A stretch of 64,000 nucleotides of DNA from a virus, in the IMG/VR virus record IMGVR_UViG_3300025530_000275, positions 32,001-96,000 of that record, one strand, 5' to 3'. The translations under genes and the position numbers were made by a program. Below, one piece after another: positions 59,987-64,000 of this stretch (positions are counted from its first letter, which is position 1; every line of letters begins with the position of its first letter). The notes under the pieces are model-generated. The model made no database searches. It saw only the letters and a list, made by a program, of their open reading frames with translations, and had not been told where the DNA came from.

Positions 59987-60751
59987 CTACCAACCTTTCG
60001 ATCTCGAAAATCCAGGGTTTTGTAATTTTAATTTGTCTATTCCCGTATTAGAGCCATCGTTATCTAGTCTAATTTCAGGCTCTTTGTAATCATCAAAGTC
60101 TTCAAGTAGAGATTTTGAAAACTCGTATTCAAATTTTCCTATTTCTGAAGATTGAAGATAAGTTATAGCCATAAGACCTGCCATATGAAAATCAAATTTC
60201 TTTATGAACTTTAACATTGTTTTAAACCTATCTTCTTTTATATCAATAAAAGTCTTATTCTTATAGTCTAAACATAGCTGAATCATTATTTCTGGTTCGC
60301 TATATTCTTCGTTCATTACCAGAATCGGGTTTATGATTATAAATTTATCTTTATAAAATTCAATTATGTCAGTAGAGATATAATTACTATTTATTTTGTA
60401 AGTATCTCCGATTTTTATTATCAAATCGTCCTTTTTTAGAACTTTATTTATCTTCTTAAGATATTTACAGAAAAAATCCCTATTAGTTATATTCAGTATC
60501 AATGAATCTGAGTATATCTCATCCTTAAACTGAATTGATAGTATTGAGGAATGAGATAATCTTAATGTGGTTATTTTAGGAGTATCCTTGTATCTAGATT
60601 GATAGGTAAATTCTTTGTGATAATAGTCCCTATTTCCTAATTTGTTAGGCTGAGACAACTTTACCTTATGATACAAGATAACATTACTTGATAATTTCAT
60701 TATAGGAATAGATATTACATCAACAAGCTCTTTCTTAGTTATTCTAATCAT
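59987..60751 (-). CDS. hypothetical protein
   Basis: 254 aa in early operon. Confidence 0.7.
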   Translation of the reverse strand: MIRITKKELVDVISIPIMKLSSNVILYHKVKLSQPNKLGNRDYYHKEFTYQSRYKDTPKITTLRLSHSSILSIQFKDEIYSDSLILNITNRDFFCKYLKKINKVLKKDDLIIKIGDTYKINSNYISTDIIEFYKDKFIIINPILVMNEEYSEPEIMIQLCLDYKNKTFIDIKEDRFKTMLKFIKKFDFHMAGLMAITYLQSSEIGKFEYEFSKSLLEDFDDYKEPEIRLDNDGSNTGIDKLKLQNPGFSRSKGW

Positions 60752-60752
60752 C

Positions 60753-61007
60753 TTATACCATAAATACTTCCTTTACTTTTGTATCATCTACACCATCTAT
60801 CTCTTTTACATCAATTTGAAGCAGATTTTTCTTGTTTTGATATTGCGGAGTTTGGACCTCTGCATATATCGTGATTTTAGTGCCAATGTGAATCTTTATG
60901 ATGTCGCCTTTCTCCAAATTCGTTCCAGATGAAACTCTTGTTACCAACGTTATATTCGGAAGCTTAATGTACAACTTTTTTCGATTACTCTCTTTCATTT
61001 TCTTCAT
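60753..61007 (-). CDS. hypothetical protein
   Basis: 84 aa, RBS GGGAGGA, early promoter. Confidence 0.7.
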   Translation of the reverse strand: MKKMKESNRKKLYIKLPNITLVTRVSSGTNLEKGDIIKIHIGTKITIYAEVQTPQYQNKKNLLQIDVKEIDGVDDTKVKEVFMV

Positions 61008-61036
61008 TAAAATTCCTCCCCATACATTCCTAAATT

Positions 61037-61047
61037 AATAATATATA
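61037..61047 (-). promoter_or_regulatory. early-type promoter TATATATTATT
   Basis: Exact motif. Confidence 0.7.
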
Positions 61048-61062
61048 TTTGTGCCAAAAAGC

Positions 61063-62649
61063 CTAGTCTACTAGCACGGTGATAAGCTTGTTCCCTTTTG
61101 CTTTCTGGACAAGATATTTACTCCGCCTATTATATTGAGCAGCAGCCTCATTGAAGTCAATATTAACTATTTCTATATAGTAAACATTCTGACCGGGTAT
61201 TTCCCTACAACGTCCCGGTAATTGATTTGCATAAACTGGATTGCTATAGGGAATAAGGTTTATCATAACTTGTAAATCTGGAACATTTGCTCCGGTTCCA
61301 ATCCCTTTTTCAGTAGCGAGAATAATGTCCTTAGTTAGTTCAAGTTCGCGTTCCTTGATATTTTTAATTTCACTTGAATATAATCCTATACTATATTCAG
61401 GGAAATTTACTTCAAGGAATTTCTTTATGGTTTTAAGAAAGTCTATAGTTGCCCCAAGAATGAGCATTTTTCCTCTAAACTTCTCAGTTTTATTTAAACG
61501 GATAAATCCTTTTTCATTTCTTATATACTCACCATGAGAAACTTTTTCATGTTGTACATAGTTTGATTTTTCCCTACTTCTTATAAATATATCTCTTATA
61601 GCTCTATTTAAAGCTGTAAAAAATTGATATCTGGCCCCTTCCTTTGAGACCAAATAGTCAGAATATTTCACAGCAGATAGTCCTTCTTTTACTTTACACG
61701 AGGCTCTTTGCTTCATAGTGGGTTTATGTTTAAATTGATAGATTAGCATTATAATATAATTCTCTTCAGGCTTAACAAGTTCTTTCCCATATATTGGAAC
61801 TCCATAAAATATTTTCTTAAAGATTTCATTTTCAAATCTATCGCCCCTGTAAGCAGAGGCGGTCAAATAAATATTTTTCTTAATATTTGTATAGCAATCT
61901 ATAAGAACATTTGTTCTTAGATCCATATGTGCCTCATCAATTATTTTAACTCCTGCCCTAGTCTTTTCAATCATCTCTTGAAACTTAGGCCATCCATAAG
62001 TGTTCGCATATGATAGAACAGTTCCTTTAGTAATTATGAAAATCTCTTTATTCTCATATTTTCCTTTCCTAATATCTTCACACATATCAGAACCTCTAAC
62101 TACCAGAATATTATCATCCCTCTTATTTGTGAATGCAGTAAAAGCTTCGTACCATTGATCAATCAGCTTGCTTAATTTTGAGGGAATGAATATAATAGCT
62201 TTGGTTCTAAAATATGATAGTGATGCAACTGCACAATATGTTTTTCCTTTACCCGTATTGAGATCACAAAATACTTGAGAGAATTTATCAGTATAAGAAT
62301 GCTTTCCAAGACCACATAAAAATGAAATCATTTCAACTTGTAAAGTCTCTCTAGGTTGCTGATATAGTCTAATATCTATCTTATCATATTCTTGAGGTTT
62401 GAAATTAGTTGTTATTTTCCTTTGAAAGTCAAAATAACGGAGAATATCCTTATATGGATATCCTCTTGGTATTCTTAATTCATCTTTATCTTCATCATAA
62501 TAATAACCTATAGGAATATACTTATAAATTCTTTTATCAAAAACACTAAGTCGTTTTTCTAAAGTAGTTAAATCTTCATTCCCTTTTTTAAAATTGGGAA
62601 TTATATAGTGAGAAAAATTTGCAATTATATTATCATTCATCGCAATCAT
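61063..62649 (-). CDS. SF2 helicase (UvsW/XPB-like)
   Basis: NTGKGKT, IIDEAH, LTAS, GTGANVP, QLPGRCRE. Confidence 0.88.
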   Translation of the reverse strand: MIAMNDNIIANFSHYIIPNFKKGNEDLTTLEKRLSVFDKRIYKYIPIGYYYDEDKDELRIPRGYPYKDILRYFDFQRKITTNFKPQEYDKIDIRLYQQPRETLQVEMISFLCGLGKHSYTDKFSQVFCDLNTGKGKTYCAVASLSYFRTKAIIFIPSKLSKLIDQWYEAFTAFTNKRDDNILVVRGSDMCEDIRKGKYENKEIFIITKGTVLSYANTYGWPKFQEMIEKTRAGVKIIDEAHMDLRTNVLIDCYTNIKKNIYLTASAYRGDRFENEIFKKIFYGVPIYGKELVKPEENYIIMLIYQFKHKPTMKQRASCKVKEGLSAVKYSDYLVSKEGARYQFFTALNRAIRDIFIRSREKSNYVQHEKVSHGEYIRNEKGFIRLNKTEKFRGKMLILGATIDFLKTIKKFLEVNFPEYSIGLYSSEIKNIKERELELTKDIILATEKGIGTGANVPDLQVMINLIPYSNPVYANQLPGRCREIPGQNVYYIEIVNIDFNEAAAQYNRRSKYLVQKAKGNKLITVLVD

Positions 62650-62683
62650 CCTTTATAGCTTATGCTATAAAATAAAATTTTAT

Positions 62684-62695
62684 CATAATTTTGTT
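62684..62695 (-). promoter_or_regulatory. late-type promoter AACA-N6-TG
   Basis: AACAAAATTATG. Confidence 0.5.
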
Positions 62696-62771
62696 GTGTA
62701 AAATTTAAAAAAGAAACGCCATTAATATGGCGTTTCTTGTATTTTTTATATAATTATTCAGAAATTTACCA

Positions 62772-63989
62772 CTATGCTTTTCGATTCAGTGCATATCTTC
62801 TACCAAAATTGTTACAAGATCCTGTACACCACATGGTTTTAAGTTGTACCTTGGATAAATTATCCAAGTCAATTTTTGGAAAATCTTGATGAATTTTATG
62901 CTCGGGGTTGGATAATTCCAAACTTCTTTTATATTTGATGAAAGTTTCTTTAGTTTGTCTCATAATTTCATTTTGTGCCTGACAGCAAAGTCTTTCATAA
63001 CATTTAAGGATAAAATGTTCATAAAGCCCTCTCTCATTTACGAGAACTTCTGTTGCTTGAGGATATGAGTCTTCTGGGAGAGAAATGAGATCCTCAAGCC
63101 ACTCATCTTGATAAGAGGTATTCTTAATCAGATTCGGAACGTATAAGCGAGTTGTACTGTTTTTAGCATCTAAATTATCCATAAACGCCATATAATGCAG
63201 TGTCCTATGGCGCTGAGCTTGTGCCAATTGAGCAAATGATGCCCAATAGTAGGTGCTGTATACATCATCAAAATAATCAGTCGGATTTTCAGGGGCTTTC
63301 CTAAGATTAAACAAAGAAAGCTTTACATTTTTATTTTTTCTATTCATTCCTTCAACTTCAAAAGGCTTCAGTGTTTCAAAAAACTTAATAATCTGTTTAT
63401 TTAGCTTTGTAAAAAATGGATGACCTGGATATTGTTCTTGATTTTCACGAATGAACTTTACAAGCATTTCAATCAGATAATTAATTTGGCAAAGATTTGT
63501 TGTATATACCATGGTGGTGGGTGTAAATACGCTGATTACGTATCTAGCATTTTCCATTGCAAGTTTTTTAATATGATTATCTTTAAGTAGAGGATATTCC
63601 TTTTTGATCAATTCCTCGAAGATAGAACACCATTTTTCGTAAAGTGTTCGCTCACCTTCAGAAATTTTTTTCATTTTTGTATATCTTGCAGATTTCTCAG
63701 AAGTAGTATATGGTTTTTCATTATTAATAAGCATTGCTACAATTTTTGGAATATCCCTGAATACCAGAGTATAATGAACGTGCTGATATACCGAATGATG
63801 ACCGCTGTTCAAAGTGAGATCAATTCTTCTTTGAGTTTTCTCAATATCTTCATTTAAAATAGATTCAATGTCATCCTTCATATAACAAACACCTGCGGCA
63901 TAGGATGACAATTTTAATGCTTCGTCAATGGGTATTGTATATCCAGTTTTTGTCGAACCCAACACAATTGTTTGCAAAATAAAACACAT
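62772..63989 (-). CDS. thyX: FAD-dependent thymidylate synthase, tandem Thy1 domains
   Basis: GHHSVYQH, SEKSARY, ENARYV, second domain AQAQRHR and ERLC..AQ.EI. Confidence 0.85.
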   Translation of the reverse strand: MCFILQTIVLGSTKTGYTIPIDEALKLSSYAAGVCYMKDDIESILNEDIEKTQRRIDLTLNSGHHSVYQHVHYTLVFRDIPKIVAMLINNEKPYTTSEKSARYTKMKKISEGERTLYEKWCSIFEELIKKEYPLLKDNHIKKLAMENARYVISVFTPTTMVYTTNLCQINYLIEMLVKFIRENQEQYPGHPFFTKLNKQIIKFFETLKPFEVEGMNRKNKNVKLSLFNLRKAPENPTDYFDDVYSTYYWASFAQLAQAQRHRTLHYMAFMDNLDAKNSTTRLYVPNLIKNTSYQDEWLEDLISLPEDSYPQATEVLVNERGLYEHFILKCYERLCCQAQNEIMRQTKETFIKYKRSLELSNPEHKIHQDFPKIDLDNLSKVQLKTMWCTGSCNNFGRRYALNRKA

Positions 63990-64000
63990 CCTTTTCTTAT

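Noticed and set aside
4970-62649. Introns or inteins in RNAP, polymerase and helicase genes
   Set aside because: Frames are continuous with motifs at expected spacing; no LAGLIDADG or His-Asn-Cys/Ser/Thr junction recognised
1-64000. Alternative genetic code, tRNAs, phage nucleus shell or tubulin genes
   Set aside because: Genes are full length in the standard code with all three stops used; no cloverleaf, chimallin or PhuZ motif recognised by eye (tRNAscan and HMM searches not run)

Overview
AT-rich (roughly 30% GC by eye) 64-kb segment of a jumbo myophage of the AR9/PBS1-phiKZ supergroup, probably infecting an S-layer-bearing Firmicute (endolysin with three SLH domains). It encodes two split RNA polymerase beta' N-terminal subunits (virion and non-virion type), an AR9 gp226-like promoter-specificity subunit next to a GroEL-like chaperonin, a single-chain 1270-aa family B DNA polymerase, primase, SbcC/Rad50, RusA, two SF2 helicases, ThyX, thymidylate kinase, baseplate/neck proteins and a large set of probable protease-processed internal head proteins. 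Three promoter motifs can be read directly: early-type TATATATTATT (11 copies, all minus strand), late-type AACA-N6-TR (12 exact copies) and AACCCNTAATTA in front of three replication genes. Main findings: (1) the sigma-like subunit appears to carry Gly at the position AR9 uses (Val206) to exclude thymine, together with ThyX/TMK, suggesting a thymine-DNA version of the AR9 uracil-reading transcription system (alignment from memory, needs checking); (2) shared N-terminal, probable capsid-targeting leaders on ParB-like, NDT-like and other proteins, plus a nuclease-SNF2 polyprotein missed by the ORF track; (3) a candidate -1 frameshift chaperone pair; (4) a 1.25-kb foreign insert flanked by a ~122-bp target duplication; (5) a structured RNA candidate at 19.57-19.72 kb; (6) duplicated and collapsed promoter cassettes at 56.4-57.5 kb. 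No tRNA, rRNA or CRISPR array was recognised. All homology calls are by motif recognition; no database searches were run.
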